Below are positions 37,486 through 47,692 of a stretch of 64,000 nucleotides of DNA, piece by piece (the stretch's first letter is position 1; each line of letters opens with the position of its first letter). The stretch is from Acidimicrobiales bacterium (GTDB lineage Bacteria > Actinomycetota > Acidimicrobiia > Acidimicrobiales > Bog-793), in contig JBEKYM010000016.1 of the NCBI GenBank assembly GCA_049510975.1, positions 561 through 64,560 of the forward strand. Reading direction: 5' to 3'. Made by a program: the position numbers and the translations under genes. The notes beneath the pieces are model-generated. The model had not been told where the DNA came from. It ran no database searches and saw only the letters and a program-made list of their open reading frames with translations.

Positions 37486-38502
37486 TCAGCCCTCGGGTTC
37501 GAGCGCGAGGATGAGTTTTCCCGTGTTCGCTCCCTCGAACAAGCCAAGAAGAACATCGGGGAACTGCTCGATGTCGCCGTGAACGATGTCTTCGTGCGAC
37601 TGCAGTTCGCCGCTGCGAAGCCAGGTGGCCAGCTGGGAGACGCCTTCGCCGTAGCGGTCCTCGTAGTCGAAGACAACGAACCCCGTCATCGACGCACGAG
37701 CCACGAGCAGGTTCATGTAGTTCCCAGGGCCGGTCGGTCGCGTCTCGGCGTTGTACTGGGAGACGGCCCCGCAGATGACCACACGAGCACCGCGCGCCAA
37801 CCGGCCCAGGGCGGCGTTGAGAATCTCTCCACCCACATTGTCGAAGAAGACGTCGATGCCCTTCGGTGCGTGTTCGCGCAGTTGTTGGCGAACGTCGCTG
37901 CCCTTGTAGTCGATGGCAGCGTCGAAACCCAGATCCTCGACGAGCCAGCGGCACTTGTCAGCACCACCGGCGATGCCCACCACCCGACAGCCTTGTATGC
38001 GTGCGATCTGGCCGGCGACGCTGCCGACGGAGCCGGCTGCGCCGGAGACGACCACGGTCTGGCCGGGCTGGGGCCGGCCGATGTCGAGCAGACCGAAATA
38101 CGCCGTCAACCCACCGATGCCGAGAACGCCGAGGTGGACCGGCGCCGGCGCCAGCGTCGTGTCGACAGGTGTGACACCCGTCCCGTCCGACACGGCGTAG
38201 CGCTGAACGCCGAAGCCGCCGTACACCGTCTCGCCGACGGCAAAGCCGGGGTGGCGGGTGTCGATCACGCGGCCGATGCCTCCGGCTCGCATGACCTCGC
38301 CGATCTCCACGGGTGGGACGTAGGAGCGGCCGGCGTTCATCCACGAGCGCATGGCGGGGTCGACCGACAGGTATTCGACCTGCACGCAGAACTGCCCCTC
38401 CTCTGGTGCCGGCGCCGGTTCTTCAGCGATGTCCCAGTCAGAGGCCTTCGGGAGGCCGACCGGACGCGCTGCCAGGCGGCATTGGACGTTCATGAGTGTC
38501 AC
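37486..38502 (-). CDS. NADP-dependent oxidoreductase, zinc-independent MDR family (YncB/CurA/PTGR-like)
   Basis: [49 protein letters not shown] (AxxGxxG NADP fold), GKLILAL C-terminus. Confidence 0.85.
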   Translation of the reverse strand: MTLMNVQCRLAARPVGLPKASDWDIAEEPAPAPEEGQFCVQVEYLSVDPAMRSWMNAGRSYVPPVEIGEVMRAGGIGRVIDTRHPGFAVGETVYGGFGVQRYAVSDGTGVTPVDTTLAPAPVHLGVLGIGGLTAYFGLLDIGRPQPGQTVVVSGAAGSVGSVAGQIARIQGCRVVGIAGGADKCRWLVEDLGFDAAIDYKGSDVRQQLREHAPKGIDVFFDNVGGEILNAALGRLARGARVVICGAVSQYNAETRPTGPGNYMNLLVARASMTGFVVFDYEDRYGEGVSQLATWLRSGELQSHEDIVHGDIEQFPDVLLGLFEGANTGKLILALEPEG

Positions 38503-38619
38503 GAGGAAGGCTCCAATCGTTGGTGTCCCGAGCCGGGCGGGGTCTCTCTGACCACGTTACGCCCGAGCTTGCTGGCGGCGCGAGGCGTTCTGTGCTCGAT
38601 CGGCCGTAGAGTCCGCCAC

Positions 38620-39366
38620 ATGTCGACAGGACGGCTCGAGGGGAAGGTCGCGATCATCACCGGGGCGGCAGGAGGCATCGGCAGCGCAGCCGCCCGCGCC
38701 TTTGCACAAGAGGGTGGACGCCTGGTACTGACCGACGCCGATGCCGAGGGCGTCGAACGGCTGGCCGGGGAGCTCGACGGCGCCCGCGCCCGCGCTCACG
38801 ACGTCACCAGCGAAGCGGACTGGGAGGCCGTGATCGAGCTTGCTCTCGAGACTCACGGGCAGATCGACGTGCTGGTGAACAACGCCGGGGTGTTTCTTGC
38901 AGCCTCGTTGGCGGAAACCTCGCTCGAGGACTTCCGCCGCGTCCTCGACGTCAACACCGTCGGCGTGTTCCTCGGCATGCGTGCTGCGGCCGGGCCGATG
39001 AGCCAGCGCGGAGCAGGTTCCATCATCAACGTCTCCTCGGTCGCCGGTCTGATCGGCAGCCCGTTCCTGACGGCATACGCGGCGAGCAAGTGGGCCGTGC
39101 GGGGCATGACGAAGGTGGCCGCCAGGGAGCTGGCCAGTGCCGGCATACGGGTCACCTCGGTGCACCCCGGGCAGATCGACACCGCCATGAATGCTCGACA
39201 GCGCGGAGCCACGCCGGAGCTCATCGACCGGATGATCGCCCGCATACCGCTGCGCCGCATCGGGTTGCCGGAGGAAGTCGCCCACGCCCTGGTGTACCTG
39301 GCTTCGGACGAGAGCGCCTACATGACCGGCAGCGAGCTCGTCCTCGACGGTGGAACGACTGCCTGA
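38620..39366 (+). CDS. SDR family oxidoreductase
   Basis: TGAAGGIG cofactor motif, NNAG, catalytic SxnYxxxK (SSVAG...YAASKWAV). It is only the last 248 codons of track ORF 37579..39366. Confidence 0.9.
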   Translation: MSTGRLEGKVAIITGAAGGIGSAAARAFAQEGGRLVLTDADAEGVERLAGELDGARARAHDVTSEADWEAVIELALETHGQIDVLVNNAGVFLAASLAETSLEDFRRVLDVNTVGVFLGMRAAAGPMSQRGAGSIINVSSVAGLIGSPFLTAYAASKWAVRGMTKVAARELASAGIRVTSVHPGQIDTAMNARQRGATPELIDRMIARIPLRRIGLPEEVAHALVYLASDESAYMTGSELVLDGGTTA

Positions 39367-39398
39367 GGGCCTGTTGGCCGGCGGTGGGGGTGTGGGCG

Positions 39399-39974
39399 CT
39401 AGCGCAAATAGTTCTCGATGGTTGGCGCGACAAGTGCGACGAGCTCGGCATTGCTGGCGGCGACGACAACGTTGTCCTTGATCACGAAACGGAGCATGGC
39501 GATCCCGATGAGTTGGGCAGTCACGAGCAAGGCTCGCAGCTCGGCATCAGGGTGGGCGATCGAGGCACTGATGGACCCGACCAACGCCAGCCTCAGGAAC
39601 TCTTGCAGCATCCTGGCGGCCGATTCGTTCGAGACGGCGGAGCGCACGAGTCCGAGCACGAGGTCTCGTGTGGCTTCGTGAGCCAGCGTTTCGAGGTATC
39701 GCTCGACGATCAGTCGCGCCGCCTCGGAAGCACTGAGGGAGCTCAGGCCCTCGAACATCTCCGATGGGCGCACGACGGTCTCGAAGACGGCGAGGAAGAG
39801 CCCCTCCTTCGTCGAGAAGTAATGGACGACAAGAGCGGGATCTACGCCGACGTCACGAGCGATGCTGCGAAGCGATGTCGCCTCGTAGCCCCGAGCACCG
39901 AAGGCTCTGCGCGCCGCCTGCAGGATGGCGTCTCGGGTTTCTTGGGTGCCAGGGCGCCTCCCGGTCCGGCTCAT
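39399..39974 (-). CDS. TetR/AcrR family transcriptional regulator
   Basis: HTH TRDAILQAARRAFGARGYEATSLRSIARDVGVDPALVVHYFSTKEGLF. ATG 39974 overlaps the stop of the upstream ABC gene. Confidence 0.85.
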   Translation of the reverse strand: MSRTGRRPGTQETRDAILQAARRAFGARGYEATSLRSIARDVGVDPALVVHYFSTKEGLFLAVFETVVRPSEMFEGLSSLSASEAARLIVERYLETLAHEATRDLVLGLVRSAVSNESAARMLQEFLRLALVGSISASIAHPDAELRALLVTAQLIGIAMLRFVIKDNVVVAASNAELVALVAPTIENYLR

Positions 39975-40834
39975 CGTTGCAAGCTTCCGGAGACGATGCT
40001 GACGAATGCCTCCTCGAGGTTCGCCGGAACCTCCTCGGCGGCGTACCGAAGGCCGATGTGCTGGAGGAGCACCTCCACGTCCTCGACCGATCCTGGGACG
40101 CGCAAGGCATCGCCCTGAACCTGGACGATGAGTCCTTCCCTGTCGAGCGCGGTGAAAGCCTGCTCCCAGGCTTCGGTCTTCACTTCGACGACGTGACGGT
40201 TGCCGATCACCTCGGAGACGGTTCCCTCCGCGGCGATGCGGCCGTCCACCATGACGACCAGGCGATCGCACTGCTCGGCTTCGTCCATGCTGTGGGTCGT
40301 CACGAGCACGCCGACGCCCGCTTCGGCGCTCTGGCGGATGTCTTGCCAGAGCCTCGTCCGGTTCAAAGGACCCACACCTGATGTCGGCTCGTCGAGCACG
40401 AGAAGCTCTGGCGCGTGGGCGAACGCAACGGCAAAGGCGACTCGCCGTTGCATCCCGAGCGACAGCGATCCGACGAGGTCGTTCTCGGATTCACGGATGC
40501 TCTCCGGTAGGACAGCACGCTCCACTCCAAACGCCGCCGCCGTGAATCTCCAGTTCTCTCGCACCGTCAGGTCGTCGTAGAGCCCGAGCGACTGGGGAAC
40601 GTATCCCACTCGACGACGGCGAGCCCTCGACGGAGCCCCGTCGAAGAGCCACGTGCTGCCGCCCGAGGGACGCAGCAGGCCGAGGAGGACTCGGATGAGC
40701 GTCGTCTTGCCGGCGCCGTTTGCGCCGAGCAGTCCCACAACCTCGCCGCTGCCGACGCTCAGACTGACACGGTCAACGGCCGCCAGATGGCCGAATTGCA
40801 TGGTGACGCTGCGGGCCTCGGCAAGTGTCGTCAT
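39971..40834 (-). CDS. ABC transporter ATP-binding protein (second ATPase of the operon)
   Basis: GANGAGKTT, LSLGMQRRV, LLVLDEPTSGV, THSMDEA. ATG 40834 overlaps the upstream stop. Confidence 0.85.
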   Translation of the reverse strand: MTTLAEARSVTMQFGHLAAVDRVSLSVGSGEVVGLLGANGAGKTTLIRVLLGLLRPSGGSTWLFDGAPSRARRRRVGYVPQSLGLYDDLTVRENWRFTAAAFGVERAVLPESIRESENDLVGSLSLGMQRRVAFAVAFAHAPELLVLDEPTSGVGPLNRTRLWQDIRQSAEAGVGVLVTTHSMDEAEQCDRLVVMVDGRIAAEGTVSEVIGNRHVVEVKTEAWEQAFTALDREGLIVQVQGDALRVPGSVEDVEVLLQHIGLRYAAEEVPANLEEAFVSIVSGSLQR

Positions 40835-41676
40835 GGCGTCGACACGCGCGCCTCGTGCTGCATGCCCCGTTCGTCCGCCAGCGCAGCGATGATGACGGCG
40901 TCCTCGAAACCCGGCACGAGCGGCTCGGCACCCTCCGGAAGCAGCCCTAACGGAGCCCACACGCGCCAGGACGTTCCCCAACGCCAGGACCGACCCGCAG
41001 GCTGCGCTCTTGATCGCACGACGCCGAGTTTGCCGGGGATCGCAGCGACAATGTCGGACGGGGAGCCACTTGCAATCGCACGACCTTGTTCCAGCAGCAC
41101 GACCGTTGCCGCCCGGTGGGCCTCGTCCACGTAGGTCGTCGCCACGACGACGGCCGCACCCGAGGCAGCCGATCCAGAGATCAGACGCCACACCTCGGCT
41201 CGGCTCACGGGATCGACGCCCGTTGTCGGCTCGTCCAGCACCAGCAGTGACGGACGGTGGAGCAGCGCCATGCCGACGGCGAGCTTGCGCTGCATCCCGC
41301 CCGAGAGCTGACCGGCAAGTCGCGTCCGAGCACCAGCGAGCCCGATGCGCTCGAGCAGCTCGCTCGACCTCTCGGAGAAGGCTGCGCCACCCACGCCATA
41401 GGCGCCGGCCGAGAACGCAAGGTTCTCGTCAACCGTCAGATCGACGTACAGCCCGGCGGTGGCGGGGACGTAGCCGATCTGGTGTTTCGGCGGGCGGCGG
41501 GCCGTGCCGCTACTGAGGCGGACAAGGCCAACGAGCGCATGCAGGAGAGTGGACTTCCCGGCACCGTCACCGCCGACCACGACCGTCACCGTCGAGGTCT
41601 CGACCGGCAGGGTCACCTGGTCCAGGGCTGTTCGTGACCCGAATCGCACGCTGGCGGCTTCGAGGCCCCACGTCAT
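40831..41676 (-). CDS. ABC transporter ATP-binding protein (first ATPase of the operon)
   Basis: GGDGAGKST, LSGGMQRKL, LLVLDEPTTGVD. ATG 41676 overlaps the permease stop (ATGA). Confidence 0.85.
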   Translation of the reverse strand: MTWGLEAASVRFGSRTALDQVTLPVETSTVTVVVGGDGAGKSTLLHALVGLVRLSSGTARRPPKHQIGYVPATAGLYVDLTVDENLAFSAGAYGVGGAAFSERSSELLERIGLAGARTRLAGQLSGGMQRKLAVGMALLHRPSLLVLDEPTTGVDPVSRAEVWRLISGSAASGAAVVVATTYVDEAHRAATVVLLEQGRAIASGSPSDIVAAIPGKLGVVRSRAQPAGRSWRWGTSWRVWAPLGLLPEGAEPLVPGFEDAVIIAALADERGMQHEARVSTP

Positions 41677-42758
41677 GAGGACACGGGTTCTGCGACGGGT
41701 CGAGCGCTGGCGTTGCCTCGAACACTTGGCGCCAGATCGCGCCGAAATCGGAGGACGGCGAGTCCTAGGACGAGCGTGGCCATCCCGGCCAGCACGACGA
41801 TCGGCACCCAGAGCGACGACATCGGCGTTGCCTTCAGCATGACGCCTCGGCTGATTTCGATGAAATACGAGAGAGGAAGCACGTAGGCGATCCACTGGAT
41901 GCTGCGGGCCATCAGGGAGATCGGAAAGATCAAGCCGGACAAGAGGATCTGAGGGATGACGAACATGAGGGCGAGCTGGACGGCCTGACCTTGGTTCTGC
42001 GACACCGTGGAGATGAGCACGCCCATGCCGAGCGTCACGAGCAAGAACACGATCGCGCCGAGGGCAAAGATGGGGACGCTTCCGACAAAGGGGACTCCGA
42101 ACAGCGCCAAGCCGATCGCGACGATCGCTACGAGATCGACCGAGGCGAGAAGGAGGTAGGGGGCGATCTTCCCGATGATGACGTCCGACGGGCGAAAGGG
42201 CATGACAGCGAGCTGCTCGATCGTGCCTGCCTGGCGTTCCCGGACGATGCCAAGACTCGTGATGAGCGTTCCGATCATCAGCAGGATCAGGCCGGTCAAG
42301 CCGGGAATCATGATCCACGATGTCTTGAGGCTGGGGTTGTAGAGAACCTCGACCTTGAGCGTAAGCACCGGCGTCTCGTCGGCGGCGGACCCTCGAGGCA
42401 TGTTTGCGAGCGCACTCTCGGCGGCTTCCACGGAGAACGTCTGAGTCCCGTCCATGAGGGCGAGAATCGAGTTCTGCCCCGTCACCAGCCCGACGACGGC
42501 CTTGCCGTCCTGCAAGCGAGACTCGACCAAGGACTTGCCGGCATCCGAGTCGACGTCTACGACTTGGAAGAGAGGCGGCAGGTGAGTTGCGATCTGCTCC
42601 GCCTGCGGTCCGACCACGACGGTCGGGATCGTCGACACATGGAAGTTGGCCGCATAGCCGAACACCACGAGAAGGAGCACCGGCAACGCCACGAGCATCG
42701 CCAGTGTTCGTTTGTCGCGTTTGAGCTGCCGGAACTCCTTCACGATCATCGCCAGCAT
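41673..42758 (-). CDS. ABC-2 type transporter permease
   Basis: MLAMIVKEFRQLKRDKRTL (typical ABC-2 N-terminus), large first external loop, then 5 TM helices. Confidence 0.85.
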   Translation of the reverse strand: MLAMIVKEFRQLKRDKRTLAMLVALPVLLLVVFGYAANFHVSTIPTVVVGPQAEQIATHLPPLFQVVDVDSDAGKSLVESRLQDGKAVVGLVTGQNSILALMDGTQTFSVEAAESALANMPRGSAADETPVLTLKVEVLYNPSLKTSWIMIPGLTGLILLMIGTLITSLGIVRERQAGTIEQLAVMPFRPSDVIIGKIAPYLLLASVDLVAIVAIGLALFGVPFVGSVPIFALGAIVFLLVTLGMGVLISTVSQNQGQAVQLALMFVIPQILLSGLIFPISLMARSIQWIAYVLPLSYFIEISRGVMLKATPMSSLWVPIVVLAGMATLVLGLAVLRFRRDLAPSVRGNASARPVAEPVSS

Positions 42759-42910
42759 GGCCGGTCCCCTTGTCTGGTATTCAACACGTGATGAACTCTA
42801 CACGCGTTGAGTTGACGGTGCAACGGTTGGCTGGGATGCGCCGCCGGTGGCCGGCCGCCGGCGACCGCGCCCGGAAGTGCCGGCGGCGACCGCGCCCGTA
42901 CAGCGCCGGC

Positions 42911-42974
42911 GCGAACCGTGTGCACAGAGTGACCGCACACCGCCTTGTCCGGTCACCCTGTGCACACGGTTCGC
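42911..42974. repeat. Long inverted repeat with 24-nt arms (23/24 complementary) and a 16-nt spacer; each arm embeds the palindrome TGTGCACA
   Basis: Arms are GCGAACCGTGTGCACAGAGTGACC (42911-42934) and GGTCACCCTGTGCACACGGTTCGC (42951-42974). It sits between the REC-GGDEF stop (43034) and the ABC permease start (42758). Confidence 0.9.
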
Positions 42975-43033
42975 CGGCGAGGTGTCCAAAACGCCGGCCG
43001 GCCGCGTCGGCCAAACCGCAGCGGCCGCGAGGC

Positions 43034-44011
43034 TCAGCGGCTCACCGGCGCCGGCTCGAAGTCGCCGTCGCGCTCGGCGGGTGCCACGTGGACACAGTTG
43101 CGCCCCGCCGCCTTGGCCCGAAAGAGTGCTTCGTCAGCCAGTTTGAGGAGCTCCGGGACCATGGCGGATGATCCCTGGACCCAGCTCGACACGCCGCCGC
43201 TGAGTGTGACGACAAGCGGTGGCGTGGGCCGGGCGTCGTGCGGCATGGCCACGGCGGCCACAGCTCCGCACAGCCGTCCCGCCGCCTTGGCGGCCTCGTC
43301 GACGCTGCAGTCAGGCAGGAGGAGCAGGAACTCCTCGCCGCCATAGCGGTAGAGGCCCTCTCCGGCGCGGACCAGCTGATCGAGGCATCGGGCCACCTCG
43401 CGCAAGGCATGGTCGCCCGCCAGATGGCCGTAGTGGTCGTTGTAGGACTTGAAGTGATCGATGTCGAACAGTGCCACGCTGTAGGAGCGTCCCGTCCGAA
43501 GTGCCCTTGCGTGGGTGCGCCCCAGATCCTCCTCCATGTGGCGGCGGTTTCCCACGCCGGTCAGGGGGTCAGTGAGCGACTGGCCGAGCAGCTCGAGGTT
43601 CGCCCGCTCGAGCTCGGCGCGGAAATGCGCCACTTGACGGTGCAGGGCCGTGACCCGCTCGGCTGCCACGAGTCGAGTCTGAACGGCGAATGGCTCGACG
43701 GGCTTGACGAGGTAGTCGTCGGCCCCGGAGCTCATTCCCTCGAGGACTTGCTCCGGCTGACCGAGCCCGGTGATCAAGACGATGTAGACGTACTGGCTCG
43801 TCAGCTCGTGGCGGACCCGCCTGCAGAGCTCTGGACCGTCGACGCCCGGCATCATCCAGTCGGTGAGCAAGACGTCGATCCGCTCCGACGCCAGCATCTC
43901 CCAGGCGCTCGAGCCATCCTTCGCGACGAGGCAGGTGTGGCCCAACTTGGAGGCCATCGCCTTCAGCATGAGTCGACTCGTGCTGTCATCGTCGGCGATC
44001 AGGATGCGCAC
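43034..44011 (-). CDS. Response regulator with GGDEF output (REC-diguanylate cyclase)
   Basis: RILIADDD...DVLLTDWMMPGVDG (phospho-acceptor Asp region), intact GGEEF, RxxD-like region. The GTG start at 44011 lies 2 nt after the kinase stop. Confidence 0.9.
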   Translation of the reverse strand: MRILIADDDSTSRLMLKAMASKLGHTCLVAKDGSSAWEMLASERIDVLLTDWMMPGVDGPELCRRVRHELTSQYVYIVLITGLGQPEQVLEGMSSGADDYLVKPVEPFAVQTRLVAAERVTALHRQVAHFRAELERANLELLGQSLTDPLTGVGNRRHMEEDLGRTHARALRTGRSYSVALFDIDHFKSYNDHYGHLAGDHALREVARCLDQLVRAGEGLYRYGGEEFLLLLPDCSVDEAAKAAGRLCGAVAAVAMPHDARPTPPLVVTLSGGVSSWVQGSSAMVPELLKLADEALFRAKAAGRNCVHVAPAERDGDFEPAPVSR

Positions 44012-44013
44012 GG

Positions 44014-47000
44014 TCAGGTCCTGGTCGGCGTGCTGACGGTGAGCCGGGCGAGCGCTTCCCGGATTTCGTCGAACTCGATGTCGAAACGCTCCAGCAGCTC
44101 GGAGGCGTCCTCGGCGTGCGCGAACGGCGCTCGCCGTTCGAGCTCGGCACAGATGTGCGCCAGGCGGCTGGCACCGACGTTCGCGCTGGCGCCGCTCAGC
44201 AGGTGGGCGACGCGCTTCAGCGCCGAGGCGTCCCCGTCGGCCACGGCGGAGGCGAGCTGCTCGCGGCCTTCTGCAGTCTGGACGAGATACTCCTCGACGA
44301 CTTCGCAGAGGACCGCTCCCTCCCCGTCGTCGAGGCTGCGGAGCAGCTGGATCTGAGCCGCGTCGAGCGTTTGCGTCCCCTTGGTGGCCGGCGACTCGGT
44401 GGCGGGCGCCGCCCAACTCGGATCACCCGGTGTCTGGAGAATCCAGCGCTCGAGAGCCGCCGCCACGATCTCCAGCCGCACCGGCTTGGTGATGTAGTCG
44501 TCCATGCCGGCGGCGAGGCACGTCTCCCGGTCTCCGTCCATGGCGGCGGCTGTCATGGCGATGATGGGAGTCCGGCGCTCTCGACCCTCGAGACGGCGAA
44601 TCTGGGCGGTGGCCTCGAACCCGTCCATCTCTGGCATCTGGCAGTCCATGAGGATTGCGTCGTAGCGCCGCGCACGGACAGCGCTGACGGCTTCGCCGCC
44701 ATGATTGGCGACGTCGAACTGGTAGCCAAGCTTGTTGAGCACCTTGGAGCCGACGAGCTGGTTCATCTTGTTGTCTTCGACCAGAAGCACCGTCCCGGCC
44801 GCCTGGGTCGCCTCCGGACGCTGAGCCACGGGCTTTGCCGACGGAGCCGCTGGTGCGCCGCCGAGGCTCGTGATCAACACGTCGAACAGCTCCGACGACC
44901 GGACCGGCTTGGTGAGGCTGGCGGCAAACCCGCGCAGGTGGGACTCGGCGTCTCCGAGACGCTGACCCGACGAGCTGAGCAGGAAGAGCGTCATCGTCGA
45001 CGTTGCCGGATCCGCCTTCAGGTCGCGGGCGAGCTCGATCCCGTCCATGCCTGGCATGTTGAGGTCGATCACGCCGAGCTCGAACATCTCGCCGGCTTCA
45101 GCGGCGGCGGCGGCAAGCCAGAGCGCCTCGTACCCGTCGACTGCTTCGACGGTTTCGACACCCCAGGATGCCAACTGCTGACGCAGGATCTTGCGGTTGG
45201 TGGTGTTGTCGTCGACGACGAGGGCCCGTCGCCCTGCGAGGTGGCTGGGCTCGCTCCCCGAACTTGCCGGCAGCTCGCTCTCCGCACGGAGCAGCGACAG
45301 CTCGAACCAGAACGTCGATCCCTCGCCTGGCGCACTGACCAGACCGAGTTGGCCCCCCATCAGCTCGACCAGTTGCCGGCTGATCGCCAAGCCCAGCCCG
45401 GTGCCGCCGAACTTTCGCGTCGTCGAGGAGTCGGCCTGCGCGAAGGGACGGAACAGCCGCTCCTGGTCGGCGGCCGCGATGCCGATGCCCATGTCGATGA
45501 CCTCGAAGCGCAACGCCACCCGCTCGGCGTTCTCGTGCAGCACCGAGACCCGTGTGACGACCTCGCCCTCGGACGTGAACTTGACGGCGTTCGAGCCGAG
45601 GTTGAGCAGCACCTGCTGGATGCGGACGGCATCGCCGAGCAGCGCCGTAGGAACCTCGGGGTGCACGTCGATCAGAAGTTCGATGCCCTTGCCGTGAGCT
45701 GCGCCGGCGAGGATGCGACCGACGTCGTCGACGACGGCGGGCACGTTGAGGGCGGCCACTTCGACGTCCAGTTGCCCGGCCTCGATCTTGGAGAAGTCCA
45801 GGATGTCGTTGACGATCACGAGCAGGTTCTCGGCCGAGACCTTGACTCCCGAGGCAAGCTCGAGCTGATCTTCGTCGAGGTGGGTTTCGAGGAGGAGCTC
45901 GGTGAGGCCGATCACACCGTTCATGGGGGTACGGATCTCATGGCTCATCGTCGACAGGAAGTCAGATTTCGCCTTCGACGCCATGAGTGCACCGTCGCGG
46001 GCTGCTGCGAGGTCCTCGGCCGCCTGGCGCGCCTCGGTCACGTCGCTGCCGTTGAGGACGTACCCGCGCACGGAGAGGTCCGCCAGCAGGTTCGTGGCCG
46101 TCCAGGCGATGGTCCTCCAGGCGCCGTTGCGGTGCCGCATGCGCGTCTCGAAGGCGGCGGTCTCGGTCGTGCCGAGAGCGAGCCGCTGGAGGTGGTCGAT
46201 CATCGAGTCGCTGTCATTCGGGTGCACGAGGTCGGTGATCGGGTCGCCTTGCAGATCGACCGGCGAGTAGCCGAGCATCCGATCCGATGACGGCGTGACG
46301 TAGGCGATGCTGAAGTCGGCCTCGGCCACGACGATGAGATCCCAGGCGTTGTCGATCAGCGAGCGGAAGCGGGCCGAATTCAGCGCCTGCGACTCGCGCA
46401 TGGTGATGGTGACGCGCACGCCGGCGACGAGGAGCGTCCCGGCGGCAAGGCCGACGGCACCCTTGCCGATGTGTCCGACGCTCGCCGCGAAGACGATGAA
46501 CAAGCTGGCGGCGGCGCCGACAGCGGGGAGAGCGAAACCGGCGATCTTCTGCGTGTTCAGCTTCTCGGTGCTCGCCGGCAGCACCCAGACGGCGATCGCC
46601 AGCATCAACAGCGAGATCGGCCAGGCGGCGGCGTTGGTGACGTAGCCGATCTTGCTGTTCGGCTGCAAGAGGTTGAAGACGTCCCCCACGGCGTTCGAGG
46701 CGAAGGCGACGCTCGCAATCGCAAGAAACCGCCGGTATTCCTTCGGAAGCACGGCCAGGCCACCAATGGCAAGGGCGAGGAGCAGCACGTCGCCGGAGGG
46801 GTACACCATGCTCGTGGCGGTGGCCAGCTTGCTGCCGCCGGTTGCCTTCAATACGGCGTTGAACAGGAAGGCGGCCGAGATGGAGGCGACGCCGAGGCCG
46901 GCTGTCAGGCCGTCGAGGGACGTGGCCACGAGCGACTTGTGGTTGCTTCCCCGGATGAGCGCCATGATGCTCAAGTAGCAGAGGGGGAAGAAGCCGACGT

Positions 47001-47358
47001 AGAAGGCGTCGGCGACGGACGGGACCGGCGGAGTGCCGCCGCCCAGCGTCTCGATGGTGAGGGCGATATCTCCCAGGGCCCAGGAGATGCAGGCGGCTCC
47101 GAGGATCAGCGGGAATGCTTTGGCAGCAGGCTGACTGGAGCGCCACGAAGCCTCGAAGTATCGGCTGATGCAGACGGTGCCGAGCGCCAGCTCGAGGAAG
47201 CTGACCCCCCAGCCGTCCACGGCCGTGAAGTAAGAGCCCGCCTTTCTCGCCAGCAGGGAGACGAGGAAGGCGACGACCATCGCCGAGAGGGTTGCCAGGA
47301 TCCACCGCACACGCCGGTTGTCCAGCGTGCTGCCAAGATCAGGTGGAGCTGTCGTCAT
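44014..47358 (-). CDS. Hybrid sensor histidine kinase (multi-TM sensor, PAS, HisKA, HATPase_c, REC, REC, HPt)
   Basis: H-box SHEIRTPMNG, N/G boxes (NLGSNAVKFT, DMGIGI, GGTGLGL), two receiver domains (DLNMPGMDG, MDCQMPEMDG), HPt HLLSGASANVGA. About 8 N-terminal TM helices. Confidence 0.9.
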   Translation of the reverse strand: MTTAPPDLGSTLDNRRVRWILATLSAMVVAFLVSLLARKAGSYFTAVDGWGVSFLELALGTVCISRYFEASWRSSQPAAKAFPLILGAACISWALGDIALTIETLGGGTPPVPSVADAFYVGFFPLCYLSIMALIRGSNHKSLVATSLDGLTAGLGVASISAAFLFNAVLKATGGSKLATATSMVYPSGDVLLLALAIGGLAVLPKEYRRFLAIASVAFASNAVGDVFNLLQPNSKIGYVTNAAAWPISLLMLAIAVWVLPASTEKLNTQKIAGFALPAVGAAASLFIVFAASVGHIGKGAVGLAAGTLLVAGVRVTITMRESQALNSARFRSLIDNAWDLIVVAEADFSIAYVTPSSDRMLGYSPVDLQGDPITDLVHPNDSDSMIDHLQRLALGTTETAAFETRMRHRNGAWRTIAWTATNLLADLSVRGYVLNGSDVTEARQAAEDLAAARDGALMASKAKSDFLSTMSHEIRTPMNGVIGLTELLLETHLDEDQLELASGVKVSAENLLVIVNDILDFSKIEAGQLDVEVAALNVPAVVDDVGRILAGAAHGKGIELLIDVHPEVPTALLGDAVRIQQVLLNLGSNAVKFTSEGEVVTRVSVLHENAERVALRFEVIDMGIGIAAADQERLFRPFAQADSSTTRKFGGTGLGLAISRQLVELMGGQLGLVSAPGEGSTFWFELSLLRAESELPASSGSEPSHLAGRRALVVDDNTTNRKILRQQLASWGVETVEAVDGYEALWLAAAAAEAGEMFELGVIDLNMPGMDGIELARDLKADPATSTMTLFLLSSSGQRLGDAESHLRGFAASLTKPVRSSELFDVLITSLGGAPAAPSAKPVAQRPEATQAAGTVLLVEDNKMNQLVGSKVLNKLGYQFDVANHGGEAVSAVRARRYDAILMDCQMPEMDGFEATAQIRRLEGRERRTPIIAMTAAAMDGDRETCLAAGMDDYITKPVRLEIVAAALERWILQTPGDPSWAAPATESPATKGTQTLDAAQIQLLRSLDDGEGAVLCEVVEEYLVQTAEGREQLASAVADGDASALKRVAHLLSGASANVGASRLAHICAELERRAPFAHAEDASELLERFDIEFDEIREALARLTVSTPTRT

Positions 47359-47692
47359 CGTCGCCTCTGCTCTCGCGCGCCTCCGTCATCCGGCTCGGCG
47401 GGCGTGCCTCCGTCCGTTTTGTGCCAATTCGTTATCGACACAACTCCGACCGGCTTGAGCCGAGCGCATCAAGGCGTCGCCGCGGTCGCGCCGGGGGCGC
47501 CAGGTGCAACTGCGCCAACACGAGGTGCGGCGGTAGGAGTGACTGACGCCGAGCGGCTTGGCGAGATCGTTCCGCGCCGTTGGAGCCGAAACGATGAGTT
47601 CGGTCGCGGTGTGGCGTCTGGTAAGTGTGGGCACACTCCGACGAGGAGACCGCCAGCCAACTGCGTGACGTCGATCGATGAAGGAGCGAGGC

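Noticed and set aside
37161-37514. 117-aa TTG-initiated ORF in the marR divergent region
   Set aside because: It is Arg/Gly/Pro-rich, overlaps the better-supported 61-aa ORF in another frame, and has no SD.
37579-39366. 595-aa ORF as one gene
   Set aside because: The first 347 codons are antisense to the NADP-oxidoreductase gene. The SDR protein starts at ATG 38620 ([21 protein letters not shown]).
42781-43346. Cluster of small ORFs with similar peptides (e.g. ...CAQGDRTRRCAVTLCTRF..., ...NRVHRVTGQGGVRSLCAHGS...)
   Set aside because: The similarity is produced by the 24-nt inverted repeat being read in several frames and on both strands. There is no independent coding evidence.
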